Positions 12,701-24,291 are shown, counted from the whole stretch's first letter. The stretch: DNA of 63,517 bases, filler included, from Saprolegnia diclina VS20 (GCF_000281045.1; 7 parts of 3 records of this genome joined end to end with filler, not necessarily neighbours in it); one strand, 5' to 3'. Made by a program: numbers and translations. Notes: generated from the sequence alone by a model not told the origin.

Positions 12701-14256
12701 TGGCCGCCATTCACCGAGGTGGGTGAGATATTGAGGAGGTAGGTTGCGTGTTCAAGAGCAACGCCCCACATAAATTTGGGAAGAGCAGCATCCAGGAGGA
12801 TGCCGCGGACACGAGCTAGGAGCGTGCCCATAATGCGCTCGGAAACACCGTTTTGTTGAGGTGTGTAGGCGTTGGAGTACAACATGCGTGTGTTGTATTT
12901 TTCGAAGATGATGCGCCCGAGTTTTTCGTACTCTTTAGCGTTGTCTCCTTGGAGGAGCTGAATATCGTGATATTCAGTGTAGGCCAGTTGAGCTGGCTCT
13001 GCGCGAAAAAGAGCGCGTGCATCGGCACGGAATTTGTCGTAGATCGTGTAGATCTCCGATCGTGCACGGAGGAGGTACGTCCACAGGTAGTGGGTCGCTT
13101 CGTCGATGAAGACGACGAAGTACGTGCAGCCCGACACGGTTGGGATTTTCATGGGTCCCCACATATCCGTGTGGACACGTGCTAAGGGAACCGTCGCGTG
13201 GGGTGTGCGCGACGTTTTGGGGAAAGGTTGGCGTTTGGATTTCGCTTGGATGCAGACCTCACAACTGTGTTGCGGCATGCGGCCAGTGCCTTTGTAGGAC
13301 TCTAGCTCGGGATGATCCCGGATCATCGTGCGCATGGCATCATCGCCAAGATGACCAAGTCTGCGATGCAGTGGTTTCAGAACACGAAATGCACTAAGTG
13401 CAGTGTGCATTACAGGATTATCGACGTCAAGTGCGTGCGCAAGACAAATGTAGTCGGACGTCGACGCGAGCGAGGGAGAGGACTCCGTGCTAGTTGGTGA
13501 TCCTACAGAGATGTGGTCAGTGTCAGCCACGTCCAAGGATGGATCAGTGACGTACGTGTCCGCAAGGAACGTGGCAGTAGAGCCAGGTGGGCCAAGCCAC
13601 AGCGTGGCACCATGTTGGTGGCCATGCAGCTCGTCCGTGTACGAGCCCGTCGTGGTAGCAGTAATAGCGCGCGAGACACGCACCGCAACTGACGCCACAA
13701 TGTGTGCAGCGTGCGAGTTGTCGGGGGTCACGGCGTTGGGAGTGACGGTGGGAATCGTGTCCGCATCATCCACAGCGCCACTAAAGACGTAGAGTTTCGT
13801 CGACAGCAAGCGCACCCCGTAGATCGCGCGGTACGAGGGTGCGTCCAGCATCTCAAGATGGCACTCAGCCGTCGAGAGGAAATGCGTCCGGAGACGATCC
13901 GCGAAGCCCGCGCCGACCGAGAACAGATTGAACTGCAAGTCGGGCACGTGGAGGACTTTGTGCAGAATCTGCTCGCACGGCGTAATGTTGCCGTCACGGT
14001 CCGTGGTGTGCGTCGTGATGAGGACGTCACCAATGCCGAGGACCTTGAGGCCGTGGTTGTCACCGACACGAAGGTAGGCCTCATGGGGAAGGTAGGACAC
14101 AAACCAGTTCTTGTGAGGGGTGCAGTGGGCCGAGGCGCCACTGTCAACGACCCAGTCCACGGTAGCAATCTTGTTGGGCATGACGACGGTGTCGCCACCC
14201 GCGATAAGGCCGTAAGTGTCATTGACACGACGGACACCGACTTGGAGGACAGACAC
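9703..14256 (-). pseudogene. pol: Copia pol (PR, GAG-pre-integrase, integrase, RT, RNase H) with disabling lesions
   Basis: WVVDSGASAH; HRRLGH..CEVC; HTDMWGP/FIDEAT/DNAKEY/QQNGVSER; RYKARLV; YVDDLL; YVDADYA; STTESEY; HIDVKYFF. In-frame TAA at 10798 (RAL*GLKQ), frameshift near 10695, deletion and frameshift in RNase H near 9930. Confidence 0.92.
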
Positions 14257-15354
14257 GGTGGGTGCGATAGTCGGAGTAGCGACCTCCGGGTCGTCAAAAC
14301 AAGCCAGTCAAGAGTGGGGTTCTCATGAGACGGTGGCACAGCAATAGCGTCGAGTTGCACGAGCTCGTCGGCCGTTGGACGCACGGGCGTCGACGGCAAA
14401 GCCTCCCCTTGGAGAGCACCGGGTGCAGGCAGCACCAGTGTTGATGTGGTCGCAGTAGGAGCACTTGGAGGCGTCGCATTTGGCGACGAAGCCTCCCCTT
14501 GGAGAGCACTGGGTGCAGGAAGCACCAGTGCAGGCGTAGCCGCAGTAGGAGCACTTGTAAGCGTCGCAACCGACGATGGTGTAGGCGCCGAGTGATCGGT
14601 GGCCATCATCGTGGTCGACGGTGCACCATGCAATGTAGGCGATGCGATGATCGAAGGAGCGCGAGACCGTTGAGGTGGCTCATGCACGAGAAGACGAGAG
14701 TACTGGGTCGCAGTCATCGTGTTAGCCTGGCTATTGCCGGCGTTATCGCTATTGCGTTGATGTTGCAACGCAGCAGGCGCTGGCGCAGGCGCGCAGTACT
14801 GGCTGCGACGCAATGGCGCTAGGCCGTGGCCCGATCCAACGCCATTGTAGGTCGATGTGGAGGACTGTCGTGATGTATCGCCTCGAAGAGGTCTTGGTGA
14901 CAGTAGTCGTGGTTGTTGTTGTGTCCGCCACCACGACCGTGGTCGGTAGGATGGGGTTGGCCGTAGTCCTAATGTTGTCCTGGGCCGTAGCCGGATCGTT
15001 GGACTTGGCCGTAGGCCGCAGCCGTAGTCAGGATCGCGACAGTCGTCGCGGCCTCCATTGCTACAACGGCCGTCATTGGAGCCAGTACCGTATTGGGATG
15101 CGGGCTTGTGTTGGGCCGTCTTGAGCGCCGTCACGAGAACGACTCAATGCCACGAGGCCGATTCGTGGGTTTCGTGAAGTCGCCGTTGGACATCTACGTC
15201 GGCACTGCCGAGAGGGTCGGGCGGACGGGAGCTGGCGGCGGTATGCTCGCGCCATAGGATATGGCGGCGCAGGGCTCCGGGACCAAGTCGGTGCCACCTC
15301 CGGGCGGCGGCACGAGGTCGGTGAAGAGGGCGAAAGCTCCTATGGGCGTAGAAA

Positions 15355-15365
15355 GGGTCATAACC
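15355..15365 (-). promoter_or_regulatory. Primer-binding site, half-tRNA-iMet type
   Basis: GGTTATGACCC directly after the 5' LTR; resembles the GGTTATG(A/G)GCCC PBS of copia/Ty5, complementary to the tRNA-iMet anticodon arm. Confidence 0.75.
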
Positions 15366-15719
15366 TGTCAAGCTGGCACTTGGGGCAGCGAAGCACAAAG
15401 CAGAGGAACGAAGCTAAGAAGAGGAAGAGGAAGAAGAGGAGGCAAACGGGCAAGCGGGAAGCAAGCCAGAACGGAACCAAAACAGAAGTGAGGGACCGTG
15501 AGGTCCCCACGACCAATGGCCCGGAATGTATTCAGGACATTATGGGACATACAAACTACGAGAGAGGTGGGCAAAACCTCCGAGTGGAGGGAAAAACCCT
15601 AGCCTCAGGTGGGAAAACAGCCAATGAAAGAGGCTGGACAAAACCACCTAAGCGGAAAAGCGACGAAGGTGTGTCATCTTCGTGTCGGCTGACGAGCCTC
15701 TGGAGGTGCTCTCCTGACA
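15366..15719 (-). repeat. 5' LTR, 354 bp
   Basis: TGTCA...TGACA termini; bounded by the PBS on one side and by flank matching 7368 onward on the other. Confidence 0.92.
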
Positions 15720-16864
15720 AATACGACTACTGACTGTGAACCGCGTCCCACGACCACAAATTGCGGCCACACGGCGGAAGGGGTCAACGTGTTCCACTCA
15801 CTGCTGGTCGTGCTGATCGTGCTGATCGTGCTGATCAGCCATCGGAACTGATGATGATGACTGTAGTAATCGCGAGTGAAATTTCACACACTGTCTCATC
15901 TGCTGATCCGCATTGGAAAGAATAGTAAGCAAACGGCAAACTGGGTCGGTCGTCCACACACCCCGTCGCTCGTCAGCAAAGCGGTCGTCGCAACAAGCTT
16001 GGAATGCCGCCAGTTTAAATTAGTTGTGGGAATTCAAGAATGACCCAACGATTACGAAAGAGTTGCTATTGTAGCAATGACTACTACTATGAATACCAGC
16101 ACCAACGGAAAAAGCTATCAGAACTGCGCATCGTTCTCTTGGGTACTCCTGCGAGCACCATCGATACTTCGGGTATCGGCCATGTGGCAGTGGTTTGTGA
16201 ACGATCCAAAGCGCACATGAGCACTGCTTGTCTTTGGGCCGACGTCCCCGGAAGCCCGAGACAGTATCATCACTCCTGGGTCACACTTTTCTTGCGGCCT
16301 TCAAGAACAAGAAGAATGACGACGCGTGCTCGTGCAAGACGGCGAGGATGTGGGGCAACCAGGTGTGGTACCGAGTACGTAGACCAAACTGGATATGCCA
16401 TCACCCATATCTCTCTTGAGAGGCAAGGGAATTGGCGGCTTGGGCGGCTATCGTAGGTTGCTACTCGATCGATATTGGCTTGGACAGACGAGCTCGCCCC
16501 TTGCTATGCACGTGATCAAGCATGGTCACGTCATGCAGCCCGCGCCATCTGAGTTGCCAAACCTGCGACACTCGATATGGTCACAACCACACGCATTCGT
16601 CTTGCACACAGTACACTCTCAAATGTCCTCTACAATGTGATATTGCCGTTCCTAAAGGTGGTGCTCTGACGGCCATGGGACATCGCTCTCATAGCCCATG
16701 CGGGTTAAAGTTTGACAAGGAGCTGCTGGAGCACCCCCTTAAATGAAAATCAAGCAACAAGCAGCAATCGATTACTATGGTAGTACATCGTTGATGAAAG
16801 CTGTCGATTTCATCAACAGATACGCGATGAAATGCGATGCCATCACGAACAAAGATCACAGCGG
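15720..16864 (+). repeat. Second copy or allele of 7368-8518
   Basis: Direct near-identical match; ends at a gap just before the ABCG start codon would follow. Confidence 0.95.
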
Positions 16865-16964
16865 NNNNNNNNNNNNNNNNNNNNNNNNNNNNNNNNNNNN
16901 NNNNNNNNNNNNNNNNNNNNNNNNNNNNNNNNNNNNNNNNNNNNNNNNNNNNNNNNNNNNNNNN

Positions 16965-17275
16965 AAGCGGGAAGCAAGCCAGAACGGAACCAAAACAGAA
17001 GTGAGGGACCGTGAGGTCCCCACGACCTATGGAGGGATGGTGGTTTGGGCCGTCCAATTTTGCAGATGGTAGCCACATGGGGCGAAGTACGAAGTGGTCG
17101 AGCACATGGCTGGCGGGGCAAACCCAAAAGGAAAAACCCACCGGATCCGGCTCCGGTTGAAGGTTGAAGCGCATCCGGAATCACGATTGATGTCGCTCCA
17201 ACTCTCATTCCACAATTTGCCACGTTCGGCGCACTGCTCTCTACTCGGGCCAAGCTGACTCGACTGCCCACGACA
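16965..17275 (-). mobile_element. Related Copia LTR variant (partial)
   Basis: 16965-17027 is identical to 15452-15514, then diverges; right boundary (ACGACA) is tentative. Confidence 0.65.
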
Positions 17276-17288
17276 AGAGACTAGCCGT

Positions 17289-17338
17289 GATCGACTGGCC
17301 GCAATCGACTGGCCGCAATCGACTGGCCGCGATCGACC
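17289..17338. repeat. 14-bp tandem repeat (ATCGACTGGCCGCA) x~3.5
   Basis: Read directly from the sequence. Confidence 0.9.
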
Positions 17339-17709
17339 TACGCTACGTAGCTAACCGTCCCGAAGTCAAGATCCGCATGCGCCAGCCCCCTTTTTGGTGC
17401 TTTCCAACGAGCCGCAAGGAGCTTATCAAAATGTCGCTCGATGGCGCACAATCTCGCCGCACTCCTCGACTCGTCGAACCACCGGAGTCTGATCGGACGA
17501 CCGGTGGTGGCGGCGGCGGAGGGCCGGGAGGCGACGGGACTTCGTGGAGGCAGGGCGACCGCGCCCGCGGGGCGAAAGCACGGGAGGGCCAGCGTCATCT
17601 CCTTGACGGCCGCCGGGGAGCTCGACGTGCCTTGAATCGTCGAGGGGCATTGGGTGCCGAGCGCGCGAAGAGCGGCGCCATCGGCGCGACCACCGACCGC
17701 TGCCAGCGA

Positions 17710-17754
17710 CCGGCACCAAGGGTCAATAATCTGATTATTGACCCTTGCCGGCAC
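17710..17754. mobile_element. 31-bp palindrome with 7-bp TSD (transposon footprint or minimal element)
   Basis: CCGGCAC | CAAGGGTCAATAATC T GATTATTGACCCTTG | CCGGCAC. Confidence 0.75.
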
Positions 17755-17839
17755 TTACACAGCAAAGGACGTGAGACACAGGGCGCACAGCACGCCGGAT
17801 ACAAACAAGATATATATTAAGTGCATAAAGCCGATGGCG

Positions 17840-18841
17840 GGATGCGGTGTTCACACTGCAAATATCAAACGGCGCACATGCTGGATGAACTCCATGGACG
17901 TCACCTTGATGCCGAGCTTGTCTGACGCTTCGATGAGAGACGCCAAGTCTTCGACACCGAGTTCTTCCTTGCGACCACCGACGAATGTGATCTCCCACTT
18001 GGTAACGGTGCCGACGTGGCAATCGGTCACGGTACCGAGTACGACAGTCTGCTTGCAACGCCCGCTTTCGGGGTCTCGCTCGCTGGTGGTGAGGACTCAG
18101 CCAACGGCCCACCCGAAGCTAGTCATTGGCTTCTTCAACAGGCGTGTCATGGTCGCCGCCTTGGTGAAGACCTTACCCCGCGTCGTCTTGGAGAGGCTGT
18201 GGCCATCTTGGCGGGTTTTTCTGGTGTCTTCCGGACTGGGATCGCCGTGAGAGCAGCCTTGAGGTTTATGTCCTTGCGAAAACGGGCGACGATGTGGCTG
18301 CAGAAGCTTCCGTTCTTGAAATGGCCTTCGCATTCACACGAGAACTTGGAGGTAATCTTGCGAATCTATCACGAAATCAATGGGTTTAGAGATCTGCGTG
18401 TAGCAATGCAAATGATCACCTGTTCGACCGACCAATGGGCAACGCTGTTCATGGCGTCGAGGGTAACGGTTTCATCGACTCGAACGCGATAGAGCGAGAG
18501 GTACAGCTTCCGGATGTCGCCGATCGCGTTCAATCTGTCAAGCTCCCCACGCAGCGACGCATTGTAGCTATGAAAGGGTTAACGCGTTGCAAAACAGAGA
18601 TGCACACGCACCGGCGGACCCGCGTTTTGGTCACTGTCATTTCTTCCGTTGCGGCACCCGACTTGTCGATGCGGTACTCAGAGGAGTTGAAGATGTAGCC
18701 GAGCATCTTGTCGCCTTCGACCCACGCCATGTAGTTGCGACTTGAGGCGACGATTGCCATGGCAGCCTTGACCACCTCGGCGCAGAGCGCACCAGAGCAG
18801 AGGTTGCTGTACGTCTTGGTCTTTTGGTGCGGAAGCGGCAT
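17840..18841 (-). pseudogene. Degraded SWIM zinc-finger ORF, probably a Mutator/MULE remnant
   Basis: SCECEGHFKNGSFCSHIVA (CxC-x9-CxH) at ~18285-18341, among stops and frameshifts. Confidence 0.5.
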
Positions 18842-19379
18842 GGCAAGAATATCTAGTCATCAAAATATGAATGCTGCAACTTTTTCAGCGCCACGGCACC
18901 TGGAAGAGTGACGTTGTGAACGTAGGCTGTGGTACCGTCATGCGTGTGAGGTGTCGAGTCGCTGTATGCCTGCAAACTACTCGATCCCTGGGATTTCCTC
19001 TCCCATTTCCTCTCCCAACGGCTCCAGACCAAGCACGGGCACCACCCGCATTTCATCAGACAGGGCACGCCACCTGTACCCTACCAGATGAATGTGGTCC
19101 AAAACTTTTGAATCCCAGCTCTGAGTCTTCATTTTTATATCAAAAGGACGTTATAGATCGACTGTTCTGTCCACGACGAAGAGATGTATTAGAACCGATC
19201 GCAATGAAATGAAAAACTGACGAAGTTATGGGCGTTCAAAGTTGGGCATCACAGGATCACGGAGTCCGAAATTGTTACAATTTTTTTGACCGGATAACAT
19301 GGAGCCCCCTCCGGATAAGGCCCACCGGCGCCGGATGAGGTGTCATTATCCGGATAACGAGCTCTCTCAGCCATGGTCA

Positions 19380-19608
19380 TGTAGGAATTGCCGGCAACCT
19401 CAAGGACGTTCTCCAGATCCTCATGGCCATGCTCATCTTCCACGACAAGCTCAGTGCTCTCAACGTTGCGGGGCTTTTTGTGGCGACGACGGGCCTTGTC
19501 TTGTACTCGTACATCAAGGCGCGACCGTCGTCATCGTCGCCGGCCTATGCGCTCGTGCACCTGGACGACGTCGATATCGAAGACGCCAACGAAATGCACG
19601 TCAAGTGA
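19380..19608 (+). pseudogene. C-terminal fragment of a TPT/SLC35-family nucleotide-sugar transporter
   Basis: GIAGNLKDVLQILMAMLIFHDKLSALNVAGLFVATTGLVLYSYIK; no 5' part found in the window. Confidence 0.65.
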
Positions 19609-19692
19609 GCACGCTAGTATACTCTCCTATTCTGTATCCTGTCTCCTACACTACCTCTACGACGACTACGACTACGACGGCGACGACGACGA

Positions 19693-21303
19693 CTAGAGGC
19701 CGCCACAGACCGCGGCGAGCAGCGCCTGGACCGTCGGACGTTTGTGCCAATCGAGGTGCAAGCATTGCCGTATCAGATGCTAGTACAAGTGCATGAGACG
19801 ACGCAAGCTGCAAGCAGTAGCGACTCTACCTGGGCGTCGGCGGGGACGTGAGCGGGGATGTGTAGCGTCGGACTCGCTCGGTACATCTTCATGCGCTCCG
19901 TCATCTCGGGCTTACTGGCCTGCGTCCCCAGCGGGTGGGCGTGGCACAGCAGCATGTAGAAGATGAGCCCGATCGCCCACACGTCAAACTTCTCATAGGT
20001 CGCGCCGAGGCTAGTAGCTTCGCTTGGCGACAAGAGGTACCACTCGGGCGGTGCAAACGCTGGCGACGCGTTCTGGCCCACGAGGATGATTGCGTGCTTG
20101 CGCTGCGAGAGGTGAAAGTCGGTCAAGCGCAGTTGCGCGCCGGCGATCGTCGCCAAGAGCACATTGGCCGGCTTGAGATCGCAGTGCGCCATGCCCTTCT
20201 ACATGCAACAGCCGAAGATGATGGTGCGGTAATTCAAGAAAATGCGAGCGATACCTGGTGGACGTAGTCGAGGCCGAGGAGCAGTTGGAAGAGCAAGTGG
20301 CGTGCGAGTCCCATCTCGCAGGGCCCGCCGAGGTTCTACGTGAGAGCTTGTTAAGGACACGCATGAATGGAGACGAGAGAATCGCACCTCCATGAACTGG
20401 TGCAAATCGCACTCCATGCGGTCCATGACCATGAGTGAGTATGGCGCACCGCGATGGGATGTCATGAGCAGGGGACCGTGGACGTGAACCGTGTGCTCGG
20501 ACGGCAGGAAGAGCTACAATCACGCAGAGTGGGCGAGAGACATGGACGATGTGATGTACCTGGTGGTGTCGGAACTCGATCTCGGCTTGGTGCAGCTTGG
20601 TGCAGATCTTGATGGCGCAAAATGTACGCGTATGCACGTCGTAAGCTTCCCAAACTTCCGAGTTGCCGCCTTGGCCGATGAGCGCCTTGAGCTGGTAGCG
20701 ATCGTGCAAGAACGGGAGGCTGGCAAAGGCCGTGGCTACAGTGACCGTTAAGCAGGGCAACCAAAGGAGAAGGCGACGTACTCGCGTGCAAGTGGACGCG
20801 CTTTTCGTGGCGGCGAAAGTGGGCCTTGGCCACCTCGAGCGCGCTCACGTTCGCCGCGTACTTGTCTTGGAGTGACCGGATGTACGCGGCAAACATGGCA
20901 TTCGACATGTCGCCCGCGCTCAGCGTGCGCTTGACGTACAGGTCCTCGAGCTGCACGTCGCGCTGCCGCCGCTCAATGTCGCTCCCGAGCTCCGCGAGCG
21001 CGTGCTTCATCGTCAACGTCGCCGCTTTTCGAACGCCTGGCGCCACTCGACGCTGGCCGCGGGTGGTGACATAGACACCGCGCCTTTGCAGCTAAGGCCA
21101 TGCATCTGCTGCTGGATGCTTGTCACGCCATCGTCCCAGCGAATGCGCTGCTCGACCGGCGTGCCCACGAGCATGCCATTGCCCGCGTCAGACCAGTGGA
21201 CCTGTTTGTCTTCGTAGACGCCGACGGCAAGGATGTCACCGCTCGTGTCCATCGCGTCGCCGTCGATGAGCTTGGGCGCGACGACGGTCTCGGAGATGTC
21301 CAT
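19693..21303 (-). CDS. Tousled-like Ser/Thr kinase (divergent), several short introns
   Basis: Coiled-coil region, then LHDRYQLKALIGQGGNSEVWEAYD, CAIK, HCDLKPANVLL, LTDFHLS, APPE, DVWAIGLIFY, KRPTV; stop at 19693. Exon boundaries approximate. Confidence 0.75.
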
Positions 21304-21818
21304 GCTGCTGCTGCTGCTTGCCGCTTCCAAAGATCGCAACAGGCTCAGTCGCCGGTGAGGGCCGATCGTATCCGGAAAGGCCAGTCCCGCGAAACTCCCC
21401 AATACAAATGCGCCCTTCGCCCGCGACTTTTTCCGGATACGACAGCTTCTCTAGTTGGGTGCATTTAGCCACAGTGGGATGCATGAGCTGGCAAGCGCCC
21501 ATCGCGCAGCTGAAGCGAGGAACGGTCTCGTGGCAGTACTGTGTAGAAGGGTCATCACGCCTCATTGACACATGCTCCAGCCAAAGGCGCCATGGAGTTG
21601 CGGGCCTCGCGCGGCGAAAGGCGCGGCAGCTCGGTAGCCAACGCGACGCGACGCCTCGCCATTGGATCGCATCTGTCTGCGATGGCGCGGAGGGCCTGGC
21701 TGTCGCTTCGTCCTGATAGCGTTCAGCACTTGCGAGTGCTATAGCCGTCGCAAGAAACGCCGCAACGAGAGAGGAAAACACAATCAGCAAGGGGTGTTAC
21801 TGCTGCACAACTAGGATG

Positions 21819-22127
21819 CTACAATTCCTTGGTGTTGCGGCGGCGAAACTCGGCAAAGTCGCCCGAGCGCGTGATCGGGTTCTCTTGGAGGTGGGCCCAC
21901 TCGACGCGGTGGCTGCGAAAGTCCGTGCACGCCTTCTCATCGCGGCGGAAGATGTTGTGGCGCTTCTCCTTGTCGAGCGTCACGTCCGGGCTGCGTGCAA
22001 GGTGGCGGACGCCCTGGAAGGTCGCGAGCACGGCCGCGCTGCCCAAGATGGCAATGATCGGGTACGTCGCGGGGTCCGAGAACCACGCCGACTTGCGGAC
22101 AGGGCGCGTCGCTCGGATCGTGGCCAT
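21819..22127 (-). CDS. B12D/NDUFA4-family small mitochondrial membrane protein, paralog 1
   Basis: WFSDPATYPIIAILG-TM-RHLARSPDV..KEKR family signature; 102 aa. Confidence 0.85.
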   Translation of the reverse strand: MATIRATRPVRKSAWFSDPATYPIIAILGSAAVLATFQGVRHLARSPDVTLDKEKRHNIFRRDEKACTDFRSHRVEWAHLQENPITRSGDFAEFRRRNTKEL

Positions 22128-22516
22128 TCTACTTCGTTGGTGGCAAATGGAAAATGGAAAATGAAAATGGAACCGCTCCAAGCTTCGATAATATTGCATC
22201 GATCCTGGCGAATATATATTGGCGCGTAATATGCGGCGCCCCGTGGTGACCATTGGGCCAAATTAACTTTGCGCCATGCGATTGGTCCGATCTTTTTGAT
22301 CGCTTTCCTACAGGCGCGAAGGACGACAAGATACCGACAAGAGGCGAGCAAAGCCTGCTCTGAGCTCTCTGGGCGAGGCGCTGTGCTTGAACTTGGTGGC
22401 GTAATCAGGTCCAGCGAACGAGACGGACCCAGGTTGATCGAGTCTGCAAGTGCCATCGAGAGATCGCAGTCGAGATATTTAACTTACAAATACATTAGAT
22501 TAGTTTCATGAGCACT

Positions 22517-22819
22517 TTACGCGTGGCGCTGACGAAACTCGACAAAGTCGTCGTTGCGCGTGATCGGGTTGAGTTTCAGATGGGCCATGTCGATGCGGTG
22601 CGACCGGAACGACGCGCCTTCGTCATGCGACCGGTGAAAGATCACGCCACGCTTCTCCTTGGAGAAGGTGACATCGGGGCTGTTGGAGAGGTACCGGAGA
22701 CCGGCAAAGGTCGACATGCCCGTGGCAAACGTGATGATGCCGATGATCGGGTACGTCGCGGGGTCGGAGAACCACGTCTTGATGACAGACTGGGTCGCGC
22801 GGGCAGTGGTCGAGGCCAT
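22517..22819 (-). CDS. B12D/NDUFA4-family protein, paralog 2
   Basis: WFSDPATYPIIGII-TM-RYLSNSPDV..KEKR; INR/FPR-like CCTCATTCCAGCATTTG upstream. Confidence 0.85.
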   Translation of the reverse strand: MASTTARATQSVIKTWFSDPATYPIIGIITFATGMSTFAGLRYLSNSPDVTFSKEKRGVIFHRSHDEGASFRSHRIDMAHLKLNPITRNDDFVEFRQRHA

Positions 22820-23117
22820 CGTTGTTCTTCTTGGTAGTATTGGTGGTGGTGAGGATCAAGCAAATGCTGGAATGAGGTGCAGAAGGCGCGCCAAAAAGAC
22901 AAAGATCGTTTTCAAAAACACGCAACGAGCAGAGAAAAACCGTGAAATTGACACGCGCGTTTCAGTGTATATCCGGATGTCTGGTCGTCGTCATACAAAT
23001 TGGTAATGAGATGACCTTTCGCATCCGGATAGACGTGGCGCGCACCGTGTCAATGCAACCGCCAGTGCAAGTCGCGTGTCTTTGGTGTTGCGATCTTCCG
23101 CAGCTCCATGTTGGCGC

Positions 23118-23217
23118 NNNNNNNNNNNNNNNNNNNNNNNNNNNNNNNNNNNNNNNNNNNNTTAATTAATTAANNNNNNNNNNNNNNNNNNNNNNNNNNN
23201 NNNNNNNNNNNNNNNNN
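23118..23217. other. Artificial contig spacer N44-TTAATTAATTAA-N44 (also 24868-24967, 42109-42208, 50239-50338, 52287-52386, 61525-61624)
   Basis: Identical six-frame-stop linker embedded in Ns, six times. Confidence 0.97.
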
Positions 23218-24291
23218 ACTGTCAAAGGGAAATGTATTCACAGCGTAAGTTTTGCTATGTCTACTATTTTTTCCATCACAGTCCTTGCCTGTAAACTTTG
23301 CTATCAGGGGACTCCAGTGTTGAATAGGCCGTCGTTGGTTGAGCAGGCTGGAGGCGCGGCGCGCCGCTGCTGCTGCGTGCGTGCGAATTAGCCGACGGCT
23401 GTATTGGGCTGCAGGCCCAACGGGTATTTGGCAGTCAGCGTGCGATAGCTGGGCTGCGAGAGGAGCAGCGTAGACGCAGCGACCAAATCGTGGCTCTCGA
23501 GCAAGTTGTCGTCGAGGAGACGGAAACGCCACCAAATTGTCGACTTGGCTCTGTGGTACTGCGCACGATTTACGTGTCCAAGGGCGTGTGTTCGATCCTA
23601 CATATTGTCCGAAACGATTTTAGTCTGTTGTGCTTTTAGACATTGAAGTGGGCTATTTTGTCAGCAAGCCGTGCATCTCTTCTCTTCCTTGTTTTATCCC
23701 ATCTACTAAAGCGGTGCTATGCATCATATATGCTCAATACATTAACACCGAGCGGGCATTTGACAAACATCTCGACCAACAGTAAATATATGTTTGACAA
23801 AACAGTGGTGAGCAAAAACCCCAAAAAGAAACCCACAAATCAGTTCGACACTTTCCAACACGGGAATCAGAGCGTGTTTCAAGGGCCATGAGGCGCTGTG
23901 CGCTCTGTGCCTTTCTTCCGTTCTTTGCCACGTACATATGTATAAGTATACTAGTACGTGCCGGCATGACCCAGGGTGCCGGTGGCATCGAAGGCTGCGC
24001 ACTCGGCCTGTCAAGGAGATGAGGGAAGCCCTGAGGGAGGCCGTAAATTATGGCTTGCTTCGGTGTCCAGCTGCGCCGATACTTGAAGCCAATCAATTTA
24101 TTATCCGGATGTATCCGGATGCTGTCGAATGGCTGGAGACCAACTTCACGCGCCACAGGTGAAACAGTGTTGCGTGTCTATGTCATGGAGGTGACGTGGA
24201 ATTTGCCAATATAGTACGTGGGGGTCGATGATTGGTCCCAGAAACCTCAAACAGCGTTGATTGGCCATCCGGCCCCATCGATCTGGTCCCA

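Larger units (their letters stand above)
9300..15719 (-). mobile_element. Ty1/Copia LTR retrotransposon, defective
   Basis: LTR with TGTCA...TGACA ends, PBS, purine-rich tract, and domain order PR-IN-RT-RH. Confidence 0.95.

Noticed and set aside
23162..23173. TTAATTAATTAA palindrome, six occurrences
   Set aside because: Always centred in 44+44 Ns: an assembly spacer, not biology.
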